A DNA stretch of 64,000 nucleotides. Source: Patescibacteria group bacterium (GTDB taxonomy: Bacteria > Patescibacteriota > Patescibacteriia > SG8-24 > DYFX01). The notes beneath the pieces were generated by a model. It did not search any database. It had not been told where the DNA came from and worked only from the letters and a program-made list of their open reading frames with translations. The stretch is taken from the NCBI GenBank assembly GCA_030583805.1, contig CP129476.1:53453-117452 (forward strand), written 5' to 3'. Below, piece after piece: positions 47,864 to 56,275 of this stretch. Positions within the stretch are counted from its first letter, which is position 1, and the number at the start of each line of letters is the position of its first letter. The position numbers were made by a program, and so were the translations under genes.

Positions 47864-49933
47864 ATGACTACTCGTCGCGGCCGATCGTTTTTTTATTACG
47901 TGTCCGTTCCGTTCGTCTGGCTCGGTAAAGCGCTGAGCCGGATCGTGAAACCGACGTCCCGCGGCAAAGTACGCTGGGCTGTTTTGACTGTCTTGATTCT
48001 GGCCGGACTCTCCGGCTTCTTGGCGTATCCGCAGGCCTGGGATCGCGGCGCCGACGCTTGGAATACCAAGGTTGTCGACGGCATGAATCTGCCTGGCGGT
48101 TTCAAGATCCCGCATTTCGCCAACGTTCCGTACCGCCTCGGCCTTGATCTTCAAGGCGGCACGCACCTCGTCTACGAAGCGGATACTTCCGATATCGTTC
48201 CGAGCGAGCGCGACGCGGCAATGGAAGGCGTGCGCGACGTCATCGAGCGCCGCGTCAACGCGTTCGGCGTTGCCGAGCCGATCATCCAAACCAACAAGGC
48301 GGACGATCGCTGGCGTATTATCGTTGAGCTCGCGGGCGTTCGCGATGTCAGCGAGGCTATCCGCATGATCGGTGAAACGCCTATTCTTGAATTCAAAGAG
48401 GAAAACCCCGTTTCGGAAATTCCGCTCACGCCTGAGCAACAGAAGGAGCTCGAGACGCGCAACGCCGACCTGAAGAAACAGGCAAACGACACGTTGCGGT
48501 CGGCGCTCATCAACCCGAACGACGAAAAACTTGCCTGGGAAAACCTCGGTTCCGTCGGCGAAAGCCAGTACCCGGAACTTTGGAAGTGGGCCGATACGCA
48601 CCGTGGCGCCAAGCTTGCCGGGACGCTGGTTGAGGATCCGGAATACTGGAACGTGCTGCGCGTGAATGCCCGCGACGATGCCGAAAAGGAAATCAAGGCG
48701 AGCCATATTCTGATTTGCTGGGAAGATGCCCAGGGTTGCGGAGAGCCGCTCACGAAGGAGCAGGCTTTGGAGCAGATCACCGCGCTGCGCGGCGAAGTCA
48801 CGGCGCAGAACTTTGCGGAGAAAGCCAAGGCGAATTCAACGGACGGTTCCGTCAGCGTAAATGACGGCGATCTTGGCTGGTTCGGCGAAGGAATGATGGT
48901 CAAGGAATTCCAGGACGCCGCCTTCGCGCTCAAGAACGGGGAGATTTCTCAGCCTGTCGAATCTCCGTTCGGCTACCACCTGATCTACAAAACGGGGGAG
49001 CGCCCGCTCGTGCGCTACGATCTCGACCGCATTGCGTTCAAAAAAGTGACCGCTGCCGACGTCGCGCCGCAGGCCGATCCGTGGAAGAACACGGGCTTGT
49101 CCGGCAAGCATGTGCAGCGCGCGCAGGTTGAATTCGATCAGACGGTCAACCGCCCGCAGGTGCTTCTTACGTTCAACGAAGAAGGTAAAACGCTTTTTGC
49201 CGAACTCACCAAGCGCAGCGTCGGAAAACTGATCGCGATCTATCTCGACGGCCAGGCGATCTCCATTCCGCGCGTGCAGCAAGAAATCGCGGACGGCAAT
49301 GCCGTCATCAGCGGCGACTTTGATGTGAAGGAAGCGAAGCTCTTGTCGCAGCGTCTCAATGCCGGCGCATTGCCGGTACCGATCACGCTGCTCTCCCAGC
49401 AGACGATCGGCGCATCGCTCGGCCAAGACTCGTTGGCAAAGAGCCTGAACGCCGGCTTGATCGGCTTCCTGATCGTCGTTGTCTTCATGACCTTGTACTA
49501 CCGCCTCCCGGGCTTGATTGCCTCGTTGGCGCTGCTCATGTACACCGGTTTCGTGCTCGCGATCTTCAAGCTCTTGGGCATCACGCTGACCCTCTCGGGC
49601 GTTGCGGGCGTCATCTTGTCGATCGGCATGGCCGTGGACGCCAACATCCTGATCTTCGAGCGCATGAAGGAAGAGTTGAAGAATGCCCGCCCGCTTGATT
49701 CGGCGATCGCGGAAGGCTTCAAGCGCGCCTGGACCTCGATCTACGACTCGAATATCTCCTCGCTTATCACCTGCGCCATCTTGTACACCTTCACGTCGAG
49801 TTCGGTGCGTGGCTTCGCGGTGACCTTGGCGATCGGTATCGTCGTCTCGATGTTCTCTGCCATTACGGTGACGCGCACGCTGCTCCGCTTGGTCGCGCCG
49901 TGGACTAGTAACTCTCGCTGGCTCTTCAAGTAA
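47864..49933 (+). CDS. secD: protein translocase subunit SecD with an inserted parvulin-type PPIase domain in the periplasmic P1 region
   Basis: 689 aa. SecD motifs (GLDLQGGTHLVYEAD, GETPILEFKEE, C-terminal 6-TM bundle). Between them sits a PpiC rotamase signature (KASHILI...GDLGWFGEGMMVKEFQDAAFALKNGEISQPVESPFGYHLIY). Confidence 0.9.
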   Translation: MTTRRGRSFFYYVSVPFVWLGKALSRIVKPTSRGKVRWAVLTVLILAGLSGFLAYPQAWDRGADAWNTKVVDGMNLPGGFKIPHFANVPYRLGLDLQGGTHLVYEADTSDIVPSERDAAMEGVRDVIERRVNAFGVAEPIIQTNKADDRWRIIVELAGVRDVSEAIRMIGETPILEFKEENPVSEIPLTPEQQKELETRNADLKKQANDTLRSALINPNDEKLAWENLGSVGESQYPELWKWADTHRGAKLAGTLVEDPEYWNVLRVNARDDAEKEIKASHILICWEDAQGCGEPLTKEQALEQITALRGEVTAQNFAEKAKANSTDGSVSVNDGDLGWFGEGMMVKEFQDAAFALKNGEISQPVESPFGYHLIYKTGERPLVRYDLDRIAFKKVTAADVAPQADPWKNTGLSGKHVQRAQVEFDQTVNRPQVLLTFNEEGKTLFAELTKRSVGKLIAIYLDGQAISIPRVQQEIADGNAVISGDFDVKEAKLLSQRLNAGALPVPITLLSQQTIGASLGQDSLAKSLNAGLIGFLIVVVFMTLYYRLPGLIASLALLMYTGFVLAIFKLLGITLTLSGVAGVILSIGMAVDANILIFERMKEELKNARPLDSAIAEGFKRAWTSIYDSNISSLITCAILYTFTSSSVRGFAVTLAIGIVVSMFSAITVTRTLLRLVAPWTSNSRWLFK

Positions 49934-49934
49934 T

Positions 49935-50846
49935 ATGCTGCGCATCACGCATCACCGCCGAACCTACTACCTCCTTTCCGGACTGCTGACCGGCCTCGCT
50001 TTGGTCGCGTGGTTGTCGTGGGGTCTCAAGCCGGGAATCGATTTTACCGGAGGATCCCTCATGGAAATCGAGTTCTCGCAGGGCCGTCCCGAGGTCACGC
50101 AGATTGTTGAGGTTGCCCGCGCATCCGTCGCCAGCGAGGAGTTGACGGTTCAGCCGCTCGGAGAACGCGGCATGGTCCTGAGGATGCCGCCTCTCGCGGA
50201 AACGGATCATCAAAAACTGCTTCTGGGCCTGAAAGAGAGCTTTGAGAAGGATGGCGCCGTTCTGGATGAAAAGCGATTTGAATCGATCGGTCCCTTGATC
50301 GGCGAAGAGCTTCGCAAGAAGACGATCTACGCCGTCTTCGGCGCGATCTTGGCAATCGTCCTCTACATCACCTACGCCTTCCGCAAGGTCTCGCACCCGG
50401 TTTCGTCGTGGAAATACGGCGCTTGCACCGTCGTCGCTCTGGCGCACGACGTGATCATTCCTGTTGGCGTCTTCTCGGCGCTCGGACACTTCTACGGCAT
50501 CGAAGTCGGCGCCTGGGTCGTAACCGCGCTGCTCACGGTTCTGGGTTTCTCGGTGCACGATACGATCGTCGTATTCGACCGCATTCGCGAAAACCTGGCG
50601 CACGCGCGTCGCGAGAGCTTCGAAGAGATCATCAACCGCAGCTTGAACGAGACGCTCGGCCGCTCGATCAACACGTCGCTCACCGTGCTGTTCGTGCTCT
50701 TCTCCACGTATTTCCTGGGCGGCGAATCGATCAGGAACTTCATCCTGTCCATGACGATCGGCGTCTCTGTCGGCGTCTACTCCTCGATCTTCTTGGCTAG
50801 CCCGCTTCTGGTCAGCTGGCATCTCCGTGATTCCAAAAAAGGCTAA
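49935..50846 (+). CDS. secF: protein translocase subunit SecF
   Basis: 303 aa. SecF motifs (IDFTGGS, 6 TM). Starts 1 nt after the secD stop. Confidence 0.9.
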   Translation: MLRITHHRRTYYLLSGLLTGLALVAWLSWGLKPGIDFTGGSLMEIEFSQGRPEVTQIVEVARASVASEELTVQPLGERGMVLRMPPLAETDHQKLLLGLKESFEKDGAVLDEKRFESIGPLIGEELRKKTIYAVFGAILAIVLYITYAFRKVSHPVSSWKYGACTVVALAHDVIIPVGVFSALGHFYGIEVGAWVVTALLTVLGFSVHDTIVVFDRIRENLAHARRESFEEIINRSLNETLGRSINTSLTVLFVLFSTYFLGGESIRNFILSMTIGVSVGVYSSIFLASPLLVSWHLRDSKKG

Positions 50847-50891
50847 GGAAGGGGAAAAAAGGAATCTTCCAAAACACCGAAAAATATGCTA

Positions 50892-50928
50892 CGCTTCCGT
50901 TGACTACGGAAGCGTTGCTTTTTTCTCC
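50892..50928 (+). terminator. intrinsic terminator after secDF
   Basis: Hairpin CGCTTCCGT-TGACT-ACGGAAGCG (9-bp stem) followed by TTGCTTTTTTCTCC. It overlaps the first 12 codons of the track ORF at 50900, so that ORF's true start is downstream. Confidence 0.65.
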
Positions 50929-50932
50929 GTCC

Positions 50933-52252
50933 ATGCCCCAGATCGTCCTGGACCTGTCGCCACTGTACGCGTTGATGGATCAATCGCCGCTCCAGATCGC
51001 CTGGACATTTTTCGTGTACGGCGGCTGGATCCCGTTTGTTTGGATCCTGTGGCACGGTTTTTCGGAAATTTGGCTGGCGTCGCGTCAGAACAAGTACGCG
51101 GAGACGATCAACTACGTCTTGTTGAGCGTCAATATCCCGAGGATGAACGAGCAGACGCCGAAAGCGGCCGAGCATATTTTCTCGCACCTTGCCGGCACGT
51201 TCTCCTCGCCGAACTTCAAGGAAAAATGGCTTCAGGGAAAATTTACTCCGCCTTTTTCATTCGAGTACGCCTCGATAGACGGGTACACGCAGTTTATCGT
51301 GCGTGCGCCGATCCAATTCCGCGATTTGGTCGAGGCGTCGATCTTTTCGCAGTATCCCGACGCTGAAATCACGGAGATCGCCGATTACACTAAAAACGTT
51401 CCGCTCAAGCATCCGGACCCGGAATGGGATTGCTGGGGTACGGAATTCACGTTGGCAAAGCCGTCCGCGATCCCGCTGCGTACCTACACCGAGTTCGAGC
51501 ACACGCTTTCGCAGGAACTGAAAGACCCGCTCTCGACCCTGCTCGAAACGCTTTCGCGTTTGCGGAAAGGGGAGCAGGTTTGGATCCAGATCATCGTGTA
51601 CCCGCGCGATCAGAACTGGATCCAGGAATCGGTCAAAGTCGCCAACAAGATGAAGGGCCGCGAGGTGAAGAAGAAACCGCCGGCATGGCAAGGGCTTGTC
51701 GAGGAGGGTTTCAGTCTCATGACGGTTGGCGTGAGCCAGGTCGTCGGCGTTGGCGCGAAGGAAGCGGAAAAGAAAAAGGAGGAAAGCCGCGTGCCCAACC
51801 TGTCGCCTGGCGAAAAGCGTTTGTTGGAAGGCGTCGAGAATAAAATGTCGAAGTTCGGTTTTGGCGTGAAGATTCGCTTCGTCTATGTCGGCAAGCGCTC
51901 CGTTTTCCGGAAGGGTCCCATGATTTCGATGGTGCGCGGCGCTTTCGGCCTGTTCGGTTCCCTCGACGGCAACAGCCTCAAGGGCTACGGCAAGGCGGCT
52001 CCGAAAACGGATTACTTCTGGCAGCGCTGGAGCACGGAGGAAAAGAAGACGAAAATTATCACGCGGTTTTCGAACCGTTCTTCAGCAGGCGCCGACCGTT
52101 TCATCTTGAATGTGGAAGAGCTGGCGAGTTTGTGGCACTTCCCGCAAATTTTGGTGAAGGCTCCGCTGCTGAAGAAGGTTGACTCGCGCAAAGTCGAGCC
52201 GCCGTTCTCGTTGCCCGAAACGCCCGACGCCGCGCTGCCGACCCAAGAGTGA
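50933..52252 (+). CDS. hypothetical membrane protein (2 N-terminal TM helices + large soluble domain), upstream partner of T4CP-like ATPase
   Basis: Start placed at ATG 50933 (MPQIVLDLS...), just after the terminator. TM helices around IAWTFFVYGGWIPFVWILW. No domain match for the rest. Confidence 0.55.
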   Translation: MPQIVLDLSPLYALMDQSPLQIAWTFFVYGGWIPFVWILWHGFSEIWLASRQNKYAETINYVLLSVNIPRMNEQTPKAAEHIFSHLAGTFSSPNFKEKWLQGKFTPPFSFEYASIDGYTQFIVRAPIQFRDLVEASIFSQYPDAEITEIADYTKNVPLKHPDPEWDCWGTEFTLAKPSAIPLRTYTEFEHTLSQELKDPLSTLLETLSRLRKGEQVWIQIIVYPRDQNWIQESVKVANKMKGREVKKKPPAWQGLVEEGFSLMTVGVSQVVGVGAKEAEKKKEESRVPNLSPGEKRLLEGVENKMSKFGFGVKIRFVYVGKRSVFRKGPMISMVRGAFGLFGSLDGNSLKGYGKAAPKTDYFWQRWSTEEKKTKIITRFSNRSSAGADRFILNVEELASLWHFPQILVKAPLLKKVDSRKVEPPFSLPETPDAALPTQE

Positions 52253-52258
52253 CGCTTT

Positions 52259-54100
52259 ATGGCATTTTCCGCTGCGCCCTACAACCACGATCACGAAAAC
52301 GAAGTCATTCCGTTTGCGGAGACGAATTTTCGCGGTGAGAATCGGAAGTTCGGCATCAAGACCGACGATCGCCGCCGCCACGTGTACGTGATCGGTAAGA
52401 CGGGCATGGGCAAGACGACCCTGCTCGAAAACTTCGTCATGTCCGATATTTACGCCGGGCACGGTTTGGCGTACGTCGATCCGCACGGCGATACGGCCGA
52501 TAAGATTCTCGACTTCATTCCGCCCTGGCGCATTAATGACGTCGTCTATTTCAATCCGGCCGACATGGAGTTCCCGGTCGGGTTCAATATTCTTGAAATC
52601 GCCAACGAAAACCAAAAACACCTCGTGGCCTCCGGGCTCATGGGCGTCTTCAAGAAAATCTGGCCGGACGTCTGGTCGGCGCGTATGGAGTACATCCTGC
52701 TCAACTGCGTGCTGGCGCTGCTCGACACCCCCGGCTCGACGCTGTTGGGCATCAGCCGCATTTTGGCCGACAAGGATTTCCGCAAGAAGATCGTCGAGAA
52801 CGTGAAGGATCCGGTCGTAAAAGGCTTTTGGGTGAACGAATTCGCGAAGTATACGGACAAGTTCGCGTCCGAAGCGATCGCGCCGGTCCAGAACAAGGTC
52901 GGTCAATTCTTGTCGAACACGGTCATCCGCAACATCGTGGCCCAGACGAAGTCGACGATCAACATCCGGCAGATCATGGATGAGCGCAAGATCCTGATCG
53001 TGAACTTGTCGAAGGGTTTGGTCGGTGAAGACTCGAGCAAGCTTTTGGGCGGCATGCTGATCACGCGCTTGCAGCTCGCCGCCATGGAGCGCGTCGATAT
53101 GCTCGAAAAAGACCGTCAGGACTTTTATCTGTACGTCGACGAGTTCCAGAACTTCGCCACGGAATCGTTTGCCAATATCCTGTCCGAAGCGCGTAAATAC
53201 CGCCTGGCGCTGATCACGGCGCATCAATATATCGAGCAGCTTGAAGAAGAAGTGGCAGCCGCCGTCTTCGGCAACGTCGGCACGATTATTTCCTTCCGCG
53301 TCGGCGCGAACGATGCCGAGCATCTGGCGAAAGAATTCGCGCCCGTGTTCGTTGAGGAGGATATTATCAACCTCGCGAAATACGAAGTGTATCTCAAGCT
53401 CATGATCGACGGCGTGGCCTCTTCGCCGTTCTCGGCGAAAACGCTTTCGCCGATCGCGAAACGCACCGAGAGCCGCGAGAAAGTCATTACGTCCTCTCGC
53501 GAGCGGTACGCGCTGACACGCAACGACATCGAAACGAAAGTGAATACCTGGGCCGGCTTCGATGAAGCGACGGGTACGTTCGTCGGCAAGCCGGCGGCCG
53601 CGGGAGGTCCGTCATCGCCATTCAGCGAAGCGCCGCGCGAAAATTCCGATCGCCAATACAAGGCGAACTGCTCGCGTTGCGACAAGGAGCTGCATTTGAA
53701 ATTCCCGCCAGACCCGAGCCGGCCGTTCTATTGCAAGGAATGCTTGCCCTTCGCGCGAGCCGAAGCGGCTTCTGCGCCGAAACCGTCGGCCAGACCTGCT
53801 TCGAGCGCCGCTCCGCGACCGCCTGCACCGAGGCCGTCGCAAGCGTCCACCACCCACGCGCCGCTACCCGGAGCCCCTCGCACCGCGACCCCGAAACCGG
53901 ATGCCAAGCCCGCCCCGAAGCTTGCCGATAAACCCCTGCCTCCACCTCCGAAGCCCGGTATGTTTGCCGGTAAAATCCGGGTCGTTACCGACACGCAAGA
54001 GCCGGAAGTGTCGACTCCTGCGAAATCAGTCCCTTCCCCGACGGCGCCGAAGCCCGCGCCGCCGCGCTTGCCGCCCCTGAGCTTAAAACCGAAGGCCTGA
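52259..54100 (+). CDS. VirD4/TraG/TraD-like (type IV coupling protein family) P-loop NTPase lacking N-terminal TM anchor; C-terminal zinc ribbon + Pro/Ala-rich tail
   Basis: 613 aa. Walker A VIGKTGMGKTT and Walker B/DEF box FYLYVDEFQNF. C-terminus CSRCDKELHL...YCKECLPF followed by PKPSARPASSAAPRPPAPRP...PPPPKPG. Confidence 0.65.
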   Translation: MAFSAAPYNHDHENEVIPFAETNFRGENRKFGIKTDDRRRHVYVIGKTGMGKTTLLENFVMSDIYAGHGLAYVDPHGDTADKILDFIPPWRINDVVYFNPADMEFPVGFNILEIANENQKHLVASGLMGVFKKIWPDVWSARMEYILLNCVLALLDTPGSTLLGISRILADKDFRKKIVENVKDPVVKGFWVNEFAKYTDKFASEAIAPVQNKVGQFLSNTVIRNIVAQTKSTINIRQIMDERKILIVNLSKGLVGEDSSKLLGGMLITRLQLAAMERVDMLEKDRQDFYLYVDEFQNFATESFANILSEARKYRLALITAHQYIEQLEEEVAAAVFGNVGTIISFRVGANDAEHLAKEFAPVFVEEDIINLAKYEVYLKLMIDGVASSPFSAKTLSPIAKRTESREKVITSSRERYALTRNDIETKVNTWAGFDEATGTFVGKPAAAGGPSSPFSEAPRENSDRQYKANCSRCDKELHLKFPPDPSRPFYCKECLPFARAEAASAPKPSARPASSAAPRPPAPRPSQASTTHAPLPGAPRTATPKPDAKPAPKLADKPLPPPPKPGMFAGKIRVVTDTQEPEVSTPAKSVPSPTAPKPAPPRLPPLSLKPKA

Positions 54101-54153
54101 CCCTCGCCGGGTTGCCAGCCTGTAAGTTTTTTGTTGTACTCGCGTCTTAGCTA

Positions 54154-54726
54154 ATGAACTCGACTGTATCAATGGAATGGCTGAAAGAAGCTGGGCTTCT
54201 GCGCAGAATTCGGTCGGGGGAGGAGGCCGCGTTCGTCGAAACGTACGAGTTTTTCGGCCCAAAGATCTATCGGCACGCCCTTTTCCGCACAAGTTCTCCG
54301 GAAACGGCCGATGATATCATGAGCGAAACCTTTGTCCGGGCTTGGGAAACCATCCGGGTGAAGTCCGCCGAAATCAAAAAATTACGGGCTTTTCTCTACC
54401 GCATCGCTGACAACTTGATCATCGACCACTACCGCCGCAACGCCCGCTCCGCCATCGCGATCAGCGACGAGATCGAGGAAACGCTGCGGGCGCCCGGCGA
54501 TCCGCACGAAGAGATCGATCGTTTGCTGAAGAGCGAGCGGCTGGTGCACGAGCTCAACAGCTTGCGCCCTGAAACGCGCGATCTCCTCATCATGCGCTAC
54601 GTCGATGATCTCTCGATCGAGGAAATCGCCGTGATGACAGGGAAGAAAAAAAACGCCGTTTACGTCGCGATCCACCGCGCCGTAAAAGAACTGAAACTCG
54701 CATGTCCTGCAATCCCAAAGAACTGA
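54154..54726 (+). CDS. RNA polymerase ECF-type sigma-70 factor
   Basis: 190 aa. Region 2 (FVETYEFFGPKIYRHALFRTS, YRIADNLIIDHYRR) and region 4 (LSIEEIAVMTGKKKNAVYVAIHRAVKEL). Confidence 0.85.
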   Translation: MNSTVSMEWLKEAGLLRRIRSGEEAAFVETYEFFGPKIYRHALFRTSSPETADDIMSETFVRAWETIRVKSAEIKKLRAFLYRIADNLIIDHYRRNARSAIAISDEIEETLRAPGDPHEEIDRLLKSERLVHELNSLRPETRDLLIMRYVDDLSIEEIAVMTGKKKNAVYVAIHRAVKELKLACPAIPKN

Positions 54727-55535
54727 AAGAACTTCGACGCTTCCCGATCCCGGAAGCCGTTCTTGAGGGCGGCCGCGAGCGATTGCGGATCGTTATGGCT
54801 GAGCTGCCGTTCGTGCCCGGCGCGCGCCGCCACTTCGGCATTTTCATTTGGAAGCCGGCCATGACGCTCGCACTGATCGGCGTGCTGGTGTTTTCGAGCG
54901 GGGGAGCGGTCATGGCATCGATCGGCGCCGTGCCGGGCGAACGCTTGTACTCGGTCAAGCTCGCGGTCGAAGGCGTGCGGGAGCGCCTCGCGGTTTCGCC
55001 GGCTCGCAAATTTACGCTCCAGGCCGTGCACGCCTCGCGCCGTTTGGAAGAGACAGAAAAACTGATCGTCAATGAAGATCTCGCGGTAGAAATGCGCGAT
55101 GAACGCATTCAAGCCGTGTTGCACGAATACGAAGACCATCTTTTCAAGATGAATGCTTTGGCCGTGCGTTTGTCCGTCGATCCGCCGAAACCGAAAGCGA
55201 GCGCGCGCGCGATTGCCGCGGCGGAGCGCATGTTCGACCGGCACGCCGAGCTTGTCGCTTCGGCAACCGTGACGGAACCCGTCGTGACGGCCGCCGTGCT
55301 CGCGCCGATTGACATGGCGCTGGAATTGCAAAACGAAGTGCTTGAATCGATGTTTCAAGAGAGCGAGAAGCGCGACGATCGGCGCGACGGCGACGATGAG
55401 AACGAAGATGATCGTTCGCACGGCAAGTTGGAAGACAGGCATCGCGAGCGCACGAAGAAAATGAAAGAGCGTCTTCAGCTCCTGCGATTCGAACTCGATC
55501 TTCAAGCCCCACTTGAAAATCCCCTGAAAATATGA
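54702..55535 (+). CDS. putative anti-sigma factor (single TM, DUF5667-like extracytoplasmic helical domain)
   Basis: Overlaps the sigma-factor 3' end. One TM (LALIGVLVFSSGGAVMASIGA). Helical charged C-terminal domain. Context suggests an anti-sigma role. Confidence 0.55.
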   Translation: MSCNPKELKELRRFPIPEAVLEGGRERLRIVMAELPFVPGARRHFGIFIWKPAMTLALIGVLVFSSGGAVMASIGAVPGERLYSVKLAVEGVRERLAVSPARKFTLQAVHASRRLEETEKLIVNEDLAVEMRDERIQAVLHEYEDHLFKMNALAVRLSVDPPKPKASARAIAAAERMFDRHAELVASATVTEPVVTAAVLAPIDMALELQNEVLESMFQESEKRDDRRDGDDENEDDRSHGKLEDRHRERTKKMKERLQLLRFELDLQAPLENPLKI

Positions 55536-55553
55536 TAGAATATCCTCCGAAGT

Positions 55554-56255
55554 ATGTCGGAGGATTTTCTTTCCTTTAAAAACGGTTTCGTCCTTGCGGC
55601 GCTGTGCTTTTTGCTGGCAGCGCCTGTTTCCGCCGCTGAACCTTCGGCGTTCGATACGGACGGCGACGGGTACGACGACGCGACGGAAATGGCGAACGGA
55701 TACACGCCGTACGGTCCCGGCCGTCTTGAGACGCACGACGCCGATGGCGACGAGTTAACCGACGCAGACGAACTTATTTTTGGAACGGATCCGCTCGCGC
55801 CGGACAGCGACCGTGACGGGTATCGCGACGGTGAAGAAGTGCGGCATGGATACGATCCGGCGAAGGGTTCGTCGGCGCGCCTTCAGAAGCGCATCGTGAT
55901 CACGCTGGCGACGCAAACCCTGGCCTATTCGATCGGACCGAAACAACTGGGCACGTTCGAAGTCTCCACCGGGCGTCCGGGATATCCGACGCCGCTTGGA
56001 ACGTTCGCCATCCGCGATAAAATACCGCGCGCATGGTCAAATTCTGCCAAACTCTGGATGCCGTATTGGATGCCGTTCATCGGTACGACGTACGGTCTTC
56101 ATGAATTGCCGGAATGGCCCGGCGGCAAAAAGGAAGGAGAGGATAGTCTGGGTACGCCTGTTTCCGGCGGCTGCGTGCGCCTCGGCGTCGGTTCGGCAAA
56201 GACGCTTTACGAGTGGGCGGAAGTCGGTACGGAGGTCACGATCAATAAAACGTAA
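55554..56255 (+). CDS. L,D-transpeptidase (YkuD domain) with signal peptide and N-terminal Asp-rich Ca-binding-type repeats
   Basis: 233 aa. Signal peptide. Repeats DTDGDGYDD, DADGDELTD, DSDRDGYRD. YkuD catalytic region (HGYD...SGGCVRL). Confidence 0.8.
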   Translation: MSEDFLSFKNGFVLAALCFLLAAPVSAAEPSAFDTDGDGYDDATEMANGYTPYGPGRLETHDADGDELTDADELIFGTDPLAPDSDRDGYRDGEEVRHGYDPAKGSSARLQKRIVITLATQTLAYSIGPKQLGTFEVSTGRPGYPTPLGTFAIRDKIPRAWSNSAKLWMPYWMPFIGTTYGLHELPEWPGGKKEGEDSLGTPVSGGCVRLGVGSAKTLYEWAEVGTEVTINKT

Positions 56256-56275
56256 GGCGGCACGGGAGGTCGCCG

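Noticed and set aside
50900-50932. Track start of the 450-aa ORF at 50900
   Set aside because: These first 12 codons lie inside the secDF terminator hairpin and T-tract. The start was moved to ATG 50933, and even that start lacks an SD.
54101-54153. T-rich stretch (GTAAGTTTTTTG) after the ATPase as a terminator
   Set aside because: No convincing preceding stem-loop was found.
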